Assembly: GCF_018350175.1 (NCBI RefSeq)
Contig: NC_058368.1
Location: 97,466,001 to 97,530,000, forward strand
Origin: Felis catus
Taxonomy: Eukaryota
Reading direction: 5' to 3'
Length of the DNA: 64,000 bases
The notes under the pieces were generated by a model. It saw only the letters and a program-made list of their open reading frames with translations, was not told the DNA's origin and made no database searches. Each line of letters begins with the position of its first letter. Position 1 is the first letter of the stretch. The translations under genes were made by a program, and so were the position numbers. Positions 37,543 through 49,611 of this stretch are shown here, in pieces.

Positions 37543-38809
37543 GTGATTTTGGTAGTAATCTATTAAAAGGAAAGAGAGTAAAAGTAGAGAGGCTTGAGAA
37601 CATTTTGCCCAGATATAACAATGACAAATTTGACACATTTTAAGTGTCCTTAACTTACTTGTAAAAATATTTATTTCCATTTAATTTTCTTTGCTTAAAA
37701 TACTGGAATTTTTTTGGTAGATGGAAAGACTTAATGAAGAAATGGGTATTGGGCAATTAGATAATCTGTGTTACATTTTCAAATGCGTCATACATTTAAG
37801 ACCAATTAATACTGTTTTATTCTCTTCAACTTGTTTAGATTTTTTTCTTTGCTCTATTTAACATTTATCAAAGTTGAGTTTTCTACCCAAAATTTGAGTA
37901 ACATTTTTGTTCCAGAAATAATAGTTTTTAATTGTCTTACGTAAAGAGTATAGAACATAGAGAGGGAAAATTCACTCACCCCAAAACTACTGTTAATATT
38001 AATGTGTATTTCAGATGTTAGTTTATTAACCTTTCAGATACTCTCATATACCTTAGGCCTTAAATTAACAGAAATATTTGACTTAAGTTTAAGGTAACTT
38101 AAAACAGGGTATTTCTTGGCTTACTGCCCTGGAAGTTCAGAGGTGCAGCTGGGTTCCAGCATTACTGGAGCTACAGGGTTAAACAGTGTTATTGGGACAG
38201 AAGTTAGCCTCTTCTTATTGATGTCTGTCTGTCTCTTGCTTTCTCTTTTCCTTCCTTTCTGTCTTTCTGCTCCCTCCTTCCCTTCATTTTGTATTTAGCT
38301 TTGGAAAAGTACTAAAATTCTAAGTCTAATCGTTTAATTATTTGTGAAATATTATTGAACTTAGTTGAGAGATAATAGACATCTAAAAACAGTTCAGAAT
38401 AGCAGTCCATTTACTGCATAGGTGTTTTTCTTTTTTTTAATTTCTATATTTCTTTCCAAGGAAAGAAAGTATAGTGGGCATTTCAGATTCCTTGGCATTT
38501 GCTATCAGATTAAAATTTTGAGTCCATATATGTTCAAAGCCACATCTTATAATTAAGCATGTACTTCACCCAGAAATACCAAAGAAAATGAACTCTGTGA
38601 AGAGACCAAATGGAAGCTGAACAGTAAGCCCCAAATGTAGGGGCCAGTAGGTTAAGAGAATTGCTGATGTAAATGATACTGTGTACATAAAAAAGTGTCT
38701 GACTAATGTGGTGATAAGGGGTAATAATAGTTATTATTCTAAATGCCTTAACTCTGATATTTTAAATGCTTTAAGATTCTATTCTAAATGCTTAAACTCT
38801 GGTATTTTA

Positions 38810-38960
38810 ATCCTCACAACAATGTAATAAGGTAGTGCTGTGATTATTCACATTTTATAAATGAGGCAGTTGAACAATCAGGAGTCGAAGTAATTTGTCC
38901 ACAGTTACATAGTTAGAGATGGATCTGGGTTTATTGTATCATCTGATTCCAGAGTCTACC
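38810..38960 (-). mobile_element. MIR remnant
   Basis: tcctcacaac..aggtag..cattttataaatgagg..aagtaatttgtccacagttacatag. Confidence 0.6.
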
Positions 38961-39454
38961 CTGTTAAGTTCTTTTCAGGGAGGTGTCCTATCTACTTGAT
39001 GCTGTTTTAATTCCATGGTATTCAATCCACAAAACAAACATTGACCAAAGGAAAGTGAGAATCAGCTGTGAATAACAGTCATTCCAGCATAGAACAGTAC
39101 GTTGAGTGTTTCTCATTTTCTAAGGAAAGATCATGGGTAATAGCTAGAGAGCAAAAATAATCAGAAAAGTAGCATTTTCCATAAAACATTTTTTCTTACC
39201 TTTTTTTAAAAATAGGTGTTTTAATCATAGAAAATATGTACTTATTATAAAAAATAGTGAAGTGATAGAGTTGTTAGGAGAAACAACGAAAGAAAAAACC
39301 TATTTCCTCCAACCCTAAACTCTTAATTGTGCTTCTATGAGTCCCATAAAGAGTTGAGACTTCCTTATGACATATATGGCACACGCATTTCTGATCATCA
39401 TTATATAAACATGTTTATATTTCCCATGAACATTATTTTTTGACATTTATTCAG

Positions 39455-39624
39455 GCCTGTCTACTAGTCATTTTGCCTGGGCGTTTCACTCAGTAGCAGA
39501 GGAGGAACTGCTAAGCATGCTGCCGGCCATGCAGAAAGATGATCCCACCTGGTCGGAACTGAGAGCCATGGGCGTGGGATGGTGGGTCCGGAACACCCGC
39601 ACCTTACGCAAGTGCATAGAAAAG
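39455..39624 (+). CDS. DMXL1: DMXL1 exon 20 (170 nt, phase 1->0)
   Basis: attcag|GC CTG TCT; LSTSHFAWAFHSVAEEELLSMLPAMQKDDPTWSELRAMGVGWWVRNTRTLRKCIEK; AAG|gtaagt. Confidence 0.95.
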
Positions 39625-40182
39625 GTAAGTTGTATTTTACTGTGGTAGAAAAATGAAATAATTAATGTATTTTAGGTGTTGCTTTAAAGAACATTCCTTA
39701 CTCCCTTTCTTGTTTCTATTTTTTAAGTGAATCAGTAAAATGCTTTGAAATAGCCATGATATTTCAAAATATCTCATTAATACAGGATTTTAATGTTTAT
39801 ATTCTAATTCTTCCATTGTAGTTGATACATTTACTTAGTATGTGTCTGATTTTTACAAAATGATGTGTATACGTCTTGGAAAAGTAAAATAGTACTGAGG
39901 AGCTTGTACTGAAGAGCATCGTCCATGTGTTCCCACCTCTCTGTGTCTTTGGAGGCCACCACCCTGAATTACTTTTGAAATTATAAAAAATGCACGCGTT
40001 CAAGTGTAAAATATGTGTATATGTGTGCGTATGTATACATAAACATCCATGCATTCGTGCACATATTTTCTTAATTCATTGGTCATTGAAATAATGTGTG
40101 TCGGTGTGGTATGTGAGAGAAGTTATTTTGTTTGTTTAAAAATTGTTTCCGTGAAATTTTGACCAACATTTTCTAATTATAG

Positions 40183-40280
40183 GTAGCTAAAGCAGCCTTT
40201 TATAGAAAGAATGATCCTTTAGATGCTGCCATTTTTTACCTTGCAATGAGAAAGAAAGCTGTGATTTGGGGCTTATATAG
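40183..40280 (+). CDS. DMXL1: DMXL1 exon 21 (98 nt, phase 0->2)
   Basis: ttatag|GTA GCT; VAKAAFYRKNDPLDAAIFYLAMRKKAVIWGLYR; AG|gtaggt. Confidence 0.94.
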
Positions 40281-41079
40281 GTAGGTAAGAAAACTGCTTC
40301 AAAATGGAAAACTTTTCGTAAGGAACAAGTGTATGAAATAAAGTCAAGATTTGTTGTTCTTGTTAATTGTGACTCATGTACATTCTTAGTTATTTTTGTG
40401 TTTAGGGAGAGATTCATAGGAAAGAAGCCCAAGTGTTTTCCAGAATAGAAAAATCTTGATGACATCACTTTAGGTTTTAGGTTTATCAGTCCAGGAAGCC
40501 ATTTTCTTATTTATTGTAAGAACTTCTCATGGCATTTCTTTGGAACAAAGAACTAAACCAAAGACTTGTCTCTGTAGTGGGGAAGAAGACGAATTGGTGG
40601 AATCTGGAACAGGCATCTACCCTCTGCCCTATTACAGATTCATGGACCAGGCTATCCCTCCAAACTACCCTCCTCCTGTGCGCCCCGACCCCACTCTTGA
40701 GCAAGGATCACTTGGAATTTTCTCTTTTACTTATTCTTAGCAAGACTTGATAAACATGATTACTAAAAATAGTTCATCATTTATTTCACACTCTGTTCCA
40801 GGTGAATCTATATGAATACAACTTTGAGGGGAAGATCATGGGCACCAGTCAGTTTTCTCAGAGACTAGATCTTTTAGGATTGTTTTGAATCAGGATAAAT
40901 AAATTCCTTAGGTTTTGATCACCAGTAATCCTCCAGTGGGCAGGCAGATGTATAGTAATCCATACATGGGCAAGTGTTTCCTTTGAGTCTTAACTTGTAA
41001 ATGGCTGACTTTATAAAATTGGTTCTGACTGTGGAAACATTGTGCTTCAAAATTTTCATACATTTTTTTTTCTTTATAG

Positions 41080-41245
41080 ATCCCAAAAAGACACCAAGAT
41101 GACACAGTTTTTTGGACACAATTTTGAGGATGAGAGATGGCGTAAAGCAGCTTTAAAGAATGCCTTTTCTTTGTTAGGCAAACAAAGATTTGAACATTCT
41201 GCAGCATTTTTTCTTTTAGCCGGTTGCCTCAGAGATGCAATTGAG
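41080..41245 (+). CDS. DMXL1: DMXL1 exon 22 (166 nt, phase 2->0)
   Basis: ttatag|A TCC CAA; SQKDTKMTQFFGHNFEDERWRKAALKNAFSLLGKQRFEHSAAFFLLAGCLRDAIE; GAG|gtaatg. Confidence 0.95.
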
Positions 41246-41279
41246 GTAATGATGAAACTTTTTTAATAAAAGCATTGTT

Positions 41280-41497
41280 GGGGCGCCTGGATGGCTCAGT
41301 TGGTTGGGTGTCTGACTTTGGCTTGGGTCATGATTTCGCAGTTTGTGTGTTGGGACGTGATTTCGCACGTCGGGCTCTGTGCTGACAGCTCAGAGCCTGG
41401 AGCCTGCTTCAGATTCTGTGTCTCCCCCTCTCTCTGCCCCTCCCCTGCTTGCGCTCTGTCTCTCTCTCTCTCTCCCAAAAGTAAATAAACATGAAAA
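41280..41497 (+). mobile_element. Can-SINE
   Basis: Canonical body; flanking AAGCATTGT repeat; starts about 35 nt after the exon 22 donor. Confidence 0.9.
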
Positions 41498-41637
41498 GAA
41501 GCATTGTCAGCCTTTTAAGCTTTTTATGTAGGCTTAAATTTTTATTTTTTAATTTGATTTAAGAATAGCAGAAATTGCATAAGGCTAATAAATACATAGT
41601 AATATTTAATAGTGACTTTTAAAAATCCCATCATCTA

Positions 41638-41834
41638 GGGGTGCCTGGGTGGCTCAGTTGGTTAAGTGTCTGACTTCGGCTCAGGTCATGATCTCACAGT
41701 TCAAGCCCCACCTCAGGCTCTGTGCTGACAGCTCAGAGCCTGGAGCCTGTTTCCAGTTCTGTGTCTCCCTTCTTTCTCTGCCCCTCCCCTGCACTCTGTC
41801 TCCCTCTCTCTCAAGAATAAATATTTTTAAAAAT
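41638..41834 (+). mobile_element. Can-SINE
   Basis: Canonical head, internal deletion, A-rich tail. Confidence 0.9.
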
Positions 41835-41947
41835 TTCAGATACTAACAGTGCCTTTTTTTTCATCTAGTTATTAGTGAGTCAGTCGAGTTTATCTTAAAA
41901 TGAAAGATGCTTCTGCTTATTGATAACCAGTATTTCTCTTTTTGAAG

Positions 41948-42209
41948 GTATGTCTTGAGAAACTGAATGACATTCAGTTGGCTCTTGTAATAGCAAGACT
42001 CTATGAGTCTGAATTTGATACATCTGCAGCATATAAATCTATTTTACGTAAAAAAGTTTTGGGAATTGATTCTTCTGTCAGTGAACTCAATTCATTGAAC
42101 ATAAGTATGCATTATGATCCTTTTCTTCGGAGTATGGCATATTGGATTTTGGAAGATTATAGTGGTGCTCTGGAAACATTAATAAAGCAACCAGTCAGAG
42201 AGGATGATG
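41948..42209 (+). CDS. DMXL1: DMXL1 exon 23 (262 nt, phase 0->1)
   Basis: ttgaag|GTA TGT; VCLEKLNDIQLALVIARLYESE...DPFLRSMAYWILEDYSGALETLIKQPVREDD; G|gtaagc. Confidence 0.94.
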
Positions 42210-43159
42210 GTAAGCTACATTTCTAAGATGTTAATAATACAGATAATAATACAGTTGTTTTAGTATTTGCTGGGTGCAGAACACACTGTTGGGTGCTAAG
42301 GGTAATACAAAGCAAGTTGAAAACATGGTCTAAGACTTTTAAGATTTAGTTGGGGACACAGAGTTATGTATATACAGTTTTTTGGTTTTTTTTTTTAGGA
42401 AAATCCTTTTTTTCAGAAAAATCCTTTGAAAACCAAGAACTTTGGATTTTCTGTTTTTATAAAATCAGTGTATTCGACATAAGTATTATCAATATTTGAA
42501 TATAAATTTTGAGGAAAGTAGTGATAGAAAATCCATTTTTCTCAGGTGCAAGTTTGTGTGTTTGTTCATTAGTTTTATAATTTTTATAATAAAAATACAT
42601 TCTTTAAAGAAAGTTGACAAGTGATAGGATTAGTTTTTTATGAGATGAGTGAGGTAGAGAATTTTTTATAATTTACCTTTTTTTAAGATCTCCTTTTGTT
42701 TTAGAAATCCCTTTTGCTTAAGCTTTTCTAGAGGTTAGTATAAAATGGAATCTTTGTATGAAATCATATAAAAATGATGGGATATGCTTTTCAAATCTTT
42801 TTCCATAGGTAGAATTGAATTATTTGTAATAGCTGGTATCCTTTGTGTCAGTCATATCACTTGAAGTACTAATTGGAAAAGATTTTAGTTGATAGGTTTT
42901 TACATAGCATCATTTAATGAGGAATATCATGAGTCTTACTGTGAGAGAATTGTGAGAAAGCCATGTTCAGTTGTTGAAATGTCCTGGCCATCTGAGCTAA
43001 AGATTTCCAAACTGACTTGTCTGTAATGAAGGGGGAAAAGAAAAGGCCTTTGCCGGTCACTTTTTTATACCTACACATATTCATGTCAAAAATGTATTTT
43101 GATTTGGTATTAATACATGATCACATACTTTTAGAGTCAAATTCTCTATTCTAGAAGAA

Positions 43160-43780
43160 AATTTTAAAAGGTAAGAGTGGCTTGGACTGGAATAATAGGA
43201 GCGGAGGCTCAGAAAAATGGTGGGATTTGGAATATAATTTTCAGGTAAACTAGGTAGGACTGGATGTGAAGGGAGTAAGAGTCAAGGATAACTCCTGGAT
43301 TTTTAGCTTGAGGTAAATGGTATGAGGAAAACCAGGAGCAGGTTTGGGGGGGTGTTGTTTTAGATAGAGAAGCCCTCTCTGATAAGCTGACCTTTGAACA
43401 GAGACCTGAGTGAGTTATCTAGTAGCTGTCTGGATAAAGAGTGGTTTAGGCTAAGAGCACACTAGATAAAGAGACCTTGAGGAAAGAGTATGTGCATGTA
43501 AATGGAAATGTAATGTAGGCCTTTGGATATAGCAGTCTAGATGTACAGGATGAAGTTGGGCTTGAAATAGATGTGCACGTTACCAATGTCTAGATGGTAT
43601 TTGAAGCCTTGGCACTGTATGAGTTCACTCAGCGAGTGTAGACAGAAAAGAAGCCAAGCACTGAACTCTAGGATACTCTTAACATCCTCAAGTAGAGAAG
43701 ATGAGGAAGATTTAGCACAGCAGACTGGGAAGGGATGTTGAGGGAAGTAGGAGAATAAGAACTATGAGTGTGTAAGTGGA
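43160..43780 (-). mobile_element. Degraded L2
   Basis: ggactggatgtg..gagtcaaggataactcctggatttttagcttg..; ttggatatagcagtctag; gccaagcactgaactctagg. Confidence 0.55.
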
Positions 43781-44018
43781 TGTTCAAATAATCTTAAATT
43801 ATTACCTGAAGAGGCGGAAATCAGTATAACCTCCGTTCTCCTTTTATGTTAAAACACTTTCATGACAAACGTGTTCTTGTCTGTTCAATGCCATGTGTGA
43901 GGGTGATCTCTTAGTAAAATTCTGTTCGAAAGACCAGGTGGGTAAAGGTGCCATAGAGAAAAAGACTGCAGTACAACTCTTGAATTTTTCTTAGCTGATA
44001 AACTTAATTTACTTTCAG

Positions 44019-45112
44019 ATCAAGTCATGATGTCAGCCTGTAATCCTGCAGTTTTTAATTTCTACAATTATCTAAGAACGCATCCTCTGTTGCTGAGACG
44101 TCATTTTGGATCATCTGATGTATTGTCTACACACATGAGTTTAACGGGAAAAAGTGGACTGGCAGGAACAATCAATTTAAGTGAAAGAAGATTATTTTTT
44201 ACTACTGCCAGTGCTCATTTAAAAGCTGGCTGTCCTATGTTAGCTTTGGAAGTATTATCAAAGATGCCAAAAGTCATCAAGAAAACAAAACCTTTTTGTA
44301 GAACATCGAGTTTTCTGGATACTAGTAAAGACTATTCTCCTTCTTCTCCAGTGAACTTGGATGCAAGGGAAGATAAGTCTTCTGCTGTTGATTGGTCACA
44401 GTCAGTGATGAATGGTTTTGGATCTTCTTCAGAGGGTTCCTCAGAGAAGCAGTCAAACTCCACTCTTTCTTTTGACTGGAGCCAACCAAGCGTTGTATTT
44501 CAGGATGACTCTTTAGAATTAAAATGGGACAGTGATAACGATGAAGAAAATGACGATCTCCCTATCTCAATGAAAGAACTGAAACCTTTACAGAGAAAAA
44601 CGGTGAAAAAAGTAGATGAAACAAGTTCTAATTATACAGACACACTCAGCACACTAGATGAAAATGATATTTTGAGTCCATCAGAAGACATAATTGCAGT
44701 TCAGTTAAAATTTAGAGCATGTTTAAAGATTCTCACTGTAGAACTTCGTACTTTATCTACTGGCTATGAAATAGATGGTGGAAAATTGCGTTACCAACTC
44801 TACCACTGGCTTGAAAGAGAGGTAATAGCTCTTCAGAGGACCTGTGACTATTGTTCAGATGGAGAAGAATTACAGTCTGCCCTGGACGAAAATGGAGATG
44901 GATTTGGATTAAATGAAGATTCTGAAGATTTGCTTCAGCAAACAAAAGTGAAACAACTGAGAGAAAATTTTCAGGAAAAAAGACAGTGGCTTTTGAAATA
45001 TCAGTCACTCTTGAGGATGTTTCTCAGTTACTGCATACTTCACGGGTCCCACGGAGGGGGTCTTGCATCTGTGAGAATGGAGTTGATTTTGCTTTTACAA
45101 GAATCTCAGCAG
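44019..45112 (+). CDS. DMXL1: DMXL1 exon 24 (1094 nt, phase 1->0)
   Basis: tttcag|AT CAA GTC; ...VFNFYNYLRTHPLLLRR...GGGLASVRMELILLLQESQQ; CAG|gtatgt; matches ORF 44027..45145. Confidence 0.96.
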
Positions 45113-45571
45113 GTATGTAAGTTACACAGTGGCCAGTTGAAATAGTACACACATGAGAAATGGTTTTTGATACTGCTCTTTTGGTTTTTAAGTATTAAAG
45201 TTGTTGATTTTCTTCATTATGGTTGCTTTAAGGAATACCGTTTTGTGTTAGGAGTTTGTAGCGTAGTGTGTGTATAATGGTTTCAGGATCATTCTCCGTC
45301 AAGCCCTGTGATCTGCTGCATTCATACTCTGCTTTCTTACGTGAGTGCCTTGTGAGGTGATGAACTTCTCCTTAGGATAAAAGGGTATTGTCCCCTCATT
45401 TTCCTCTATAATTGGTGGAATGTTGACCTCCTCAGGTCCTAATTCTGTAATCTGTTATGCTTTTAATTTTGAATTATTTTGAAGTTTTTCCAAGAGACTT
45501 CTGAAATAGTAAAGTAGTAAATTACCACTTTAAATAGTTGATTAACCTTTTTTTTTCCCATTGTTTTTAAG

Positions 45572-45763
45572 GAAACATCAGAACCCATATTTCCTAGCCC
45601 TCTGTCAGAGCAAACCTCGGTACCCCTCCTCTTTGCTTGTACTGCCAGTGCCAAAACAGTAGTTGCCAATCCATTACTGCACCTTAGTAACCTCACACAT
45701 GATATTCTGCATGCCATAATAAACTTTGATTCACCACCCCATCCTGACATCCAGAGCAATAAG
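45572..45763 (+). CDS. DMXL1: DMXL1 exon 25 (192 nt, phase 0->0)
   Basis: tttaag|GAA ACA; ETSEPIFPSPLSEQTSVPLLFACTASAKTVVANPLLHLSNLTHDILHAIINFDSPPHPDIQSNK; AAG|gtaagt. Confidence 0.94.
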
Positions 45764-46637
45764 GTAAGTATGCTTGGTTCATTCTTTTAACTTACCTGTA
45801 TATTATGATAAAACCGAAAGCTAAGTGTTAAGAAACACTTATTAGAAGCAATTTTAAACATCAGACTATACATAGGGATTGTCACATTACTAAGTTTATA
45901 TTTTTTGATCAAAGAGAACTTAGGGTTGTAGGCCAGGCTGACCTCACTTGTATTCTCATACCCAATAGGGTACTTCAATTTTAAATTTAGTTATTTAGTG
46001 TTATTTAGCCACTTTATTAAGATAAGAGTAATAGGTGTGTATGCAGATACATGAGTAATTGTTTTAGCATTACAATTAGGGGAGAAGCTGATTGATTTTT
46101 AGAAATAGGAACTAAGTATTATGGTATAAAATTAAAGTTTTCCTTTATTAATATTAAAACATGTATTTTAAGGATATGTGATTCTTAAATTGACTCCAAA
46201 CTTACTGAATCGGTACACATGGTTATCTAGTCAAGCACATCATCTTTTCATCATCACCACTGTACTTTATGTACAGTTAATATCACATTCCATGTTTTAT
46301 CTTTACTCTCCAAGCATACTGAAATCCTTTAAAGTATGACCAAGTTTGGACTCCTTTTCTCTTTTTCTCTTAATAGTCTGTCGTCTGGTTCTCGCCCACC
46401 TCTCAGGCTGCGATATCATACCAGTTCAATATTCTGCTTGCCTGAATATTGCCTACAGCCTTACCCTCTTTGATAACCTTAACCCTTGTAATTTAATTTT
46501 GCCGCTTTTCCTGTCCTCCTCTAGTATAAATGCCCACATGGTATATAATACAGTAAGGAATTTAATTTTGTTGAGATTTTGCTCATTTTAGCTAAACTGT
46601 ATCACATACTTAATTTTAATAATGAGCATACACTTGG

Positions 46638-47660
46638 TATATCAGTTAGCTTTTGCTGCTTAAGAGCCACCCTGAAACATTAGTAACTTCAAATGGCCAT
46701 CATTTATTTTGCTCATGATTCATTGGGTTGGCTCCTCAGTTCTAATTTGGGCCAGCTGGACTGACTGATGTCTGGATATTTTCATTTGTCTTCCATCAGC
46801 TGGTACGTTGGCTGGATTCTGGATTAGGATGGCCTTATTTGCATTTTGGGTGGTTGGCACACTATTTCCAGGGATGACAGGAGAATCTGGATCATATGGG
46901 TCTCATCTACTATGAACCAAGCCTAATGTATTGGTCTAGGTTCTCTAGAAAAACAGAACAAATAGGACTTGTGTATGTATATGTACAGAGCAGTTGCCTT
47001 ACATAACTATGGGAGCTGAGAGGTCCTAAGATTGGCTGTCATCAAGGTGGAGGAGACCCAGGACCTATTGTGTAGTTCAAGTCTGGGTCCAGAGACCTGA
47101 CAACCAGAAAAGCCAGTAGTAGTATAAGGTACAGTGTGAGAGCCAGTAGGCGTGAGACCCAAGAGGAGCAAGTGTTTAAAGGCAGGACAACACCAGTGTT
47201 CCAGCTCAGTACAGCCAGGCAGAAGTTCCCTTATATTCAGCTTTATTCTGTTTAGGTCTTCACCTGATTGGGTGAGGCCCGCCCACATTAGGGAGGGCAG
47301 TCTGCTTTACTGAGTCTGCCACTTGTACCCGTGTTAATTTCATCCCACATCACGCTTACAGACATAACCCAGAATGTCTCCCCAAATGTCTGGGCACCCC
47401 ATGGTCCAGTTAAGTTGATGCATAAAATTAACCATCCCACCTAGATTATTTTTACATAGTGGTTGCAGGGTTTAAAGAGCAGCAATAGGAGAATTTGCAA
47501 GGCCTTTTGAGGACTAGGTTCAGAACTCATATAATGCTTTGCCTTCTTGGTCAAAGCAAGTCACAAGGCCAGCCCAGGTTCAGTAAGTAGAGAAATAGAC
47601 TCCACTTTTTGATTGGAGAAGCTTAAAAATATTTTGATCATTTTTGCAATTTCCCATATG
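46638..47660 (-). mobile_element. MaLR (MLT1-type) LTR, split by an MLT2 insertion
   Basis: tatcagttagcttttgctg..ccaccc.gaaac.tagt..; ttggtcaaagcaagtcacaaggccagcccag..gagaaatagactccac. Confidence 0.68.
46927..47439 (-). mobile_element. MLT2-type (ERVL) solo LTR
   Basis: TG...CA termini; tgtattggtctaggttctctagaaaaacagaac start and ...aagttga..cataaaattaaccatc end; 5-bp TSD cctaa/cctag. Confidence 0.8.
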
Positions 47661-47784
47661 TGGGTTTTGTTGTCTTCTTTTAATATGATGATATCCTTGA
47701 TTTTTGGTTTTAATCTGTGACTCTCCCATTTTTATCTGCATCCAAGACTGTCCTACTTCATAATTAGATCAAGAACCTGGTCTC

Positions 47785-47960
47785 TTTTTTTAAATTTAAA
47801 TCCAAGTTAGTTGATGTATAGTGTAATAATGGTTTCATGAGTCGAATTTAGTGACTGATCACTTACATACAATACCCACTGCTCATCACAAATGCCCTCC
47901 TTAATGTCCATCATGCATCTAGTGCATCCCCACTCTCCTCCATTCCAGCAACCCTCCATT
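47785..47960 (-). mobile_element. Carnivore L1 3' end fragment
   Basis: T-tail, ttagtgactgatcacttacatacaatacccactgctcatcacaaatgccctcc. Confidence 0.78.
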
Positions 47961-48289
47961 TGAAGAACTTAATCTTTTAATAGTCTAATCTAGTTTGCTT
48001 TCTGACCTGGATTATGCTTGTCAGATGTACTTCTTTTACTGCTTGTCATGCCATGTTTAGAGCCTTCTCTTCCTCAGTACAAATGTTTGCCCTTCAGTTG
48101 CTGTCTTTCATACCTTCTTCTTTCCCTAAATAATTTCCCTCTCTTTAGGTTCCTTGCTTTCTCTAGTAGCTAGAATATGTGGTAGCATATTCTTCAGTGA
48201 CCTATCCATAGGTAAACTGTTATTTACCAGACTGAGCTTGTACATATTTTGTTTGAAGAAGGTTGAGTCTTGAAGGGCTTTCTTTTTCT

Positions 48290-48510
48290 TTTTTTATTTA
48301 TTTTATTTTTTTTATGTTTGTTTATTTTTCAGAGAGAGAGAGCATGAGTAGGGGAGGGGCAGAGAGAGAGGGAGACACAGAATCTGAAGCAGGCTCCAGG
48401 CTCTGAGCTGCCAGCACACAGCACGACATGGGGCTTTGAACTCTTGAACTGAGAGATCATGACCTGAGCCAAAGTTGGATGCTTAACCAACTGAGCCACC
48501 CTGGTGCCCC
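48290..48510 (-). mobile_element. Can-SINE
   Basis: Canonical reverse body; TSD aagggctttctttt/aagggttttctttt. Confidence 0.9.
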
Positions 48511-48818
48511 AAAGGGTTTTCTTTTAATACATGGCTGATGCACTACTGAATAGCTAATGTCTTTTCCCATTTGCTCTTAAAATAGAAATTAGGTAGCCTG
48601 TGTGTGTTTTATGTTATCTGCCCACAGCCTTAGTGTTTTTAATTTGTCTGTAGTGAGACCTGTATAGGCATAAATGAATGTTAAGGAAAAAAAGGAAGTA
48701 GTTCATAAGGACAGAATAGTTTTTTCCACTTTTTTATAATGCTTATTATAGTTGGTCTTGAAACAAGTTTGATTTTTTAAAAGTTATACTTAAAGTAATT
48801 TTGTGGTTTTTTTTCCAG

Positions 48819-48895
48819 GTATATGTAATGCATACTTTAGCAGCCTCACTTTCTGCTTGTATTTATCAGTGCCTTTGTGGTAGTCATAACTACAG
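48819..48895 (+). CDS. DMXL1: DMXL1 exon 26 (77 nt, phase 0->2)
   Basis: ttccag|GTA TAT; VYVMHTLAASLSACIYQCLCGSHNY; AG|gtaaat. Confidence 0.94.
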
Positions 48896-49415
48896 GTAAA
48901 TATCTTTGTGAAATTGAGGAATGCTTATAGTAACTGATGACATTTCAGAATTTATATGCTCTAGATTTAGAAAAACTGTTTATGACAGTGTTTTAAATAG
49001 CACAGAAAGCATTTGAACTGAAGAGTACTTTTTTCCCCAGCTTTGAAATTTTGGTGTATGCCTTTCTGGTAAATGAATGCCAAATAGACCCTTGTCAGTA
49101 TAACTCATTTAACTAACTTAGGAGTCATAGTATGCACTGAGATAAGTTCTCCTTTCTTAAGATCATTCTAGTTAAAGACATACATGTGAGCTGATAAGTG
49201 ATATATATAGCATGACATTGTACTTGAGGCATGAGTATAATAGTATAGTTACATTGTCATTATATGCAATTATATATAACTACATACTGTTACGTGTAAT
49301 GTATGATATCATACAATTATAGTATATATGATGTAAGATAGTAAAAGGCTCAGGGAGCCCAAAGGAGGGAGTAAGTGACTTGGAATTGAGAAAAATTTCA
49401 CAGAAGAATGATGTT

Positions 49416-49602
49416 GGGGCACCTGGGTGGCTTAGTTGGTTAAGCAACCAACTCTTGATTTCGGCTCAGGTCTCATGATTCATGGGATCGAGCCCCGTGT
49501 CAGGCTCTGTGCTGACACCATGGAACCTGCTTGGGATTCTCTCTCTCTGTCTCTCTGCCCCTCCCCCACTCACACACTCTCTCTCAAATAAACTTCAAAA
49601 AA
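49416..49602 (+). mobile_element. Can-SINE (older) abutting the L1 5' end
   Basis: Head motif; TSD aagaatgatgttgg/aagagtgatgttgg. Confidence 0.88.
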
Positions 49603-49611
49603 GAGTGATGT

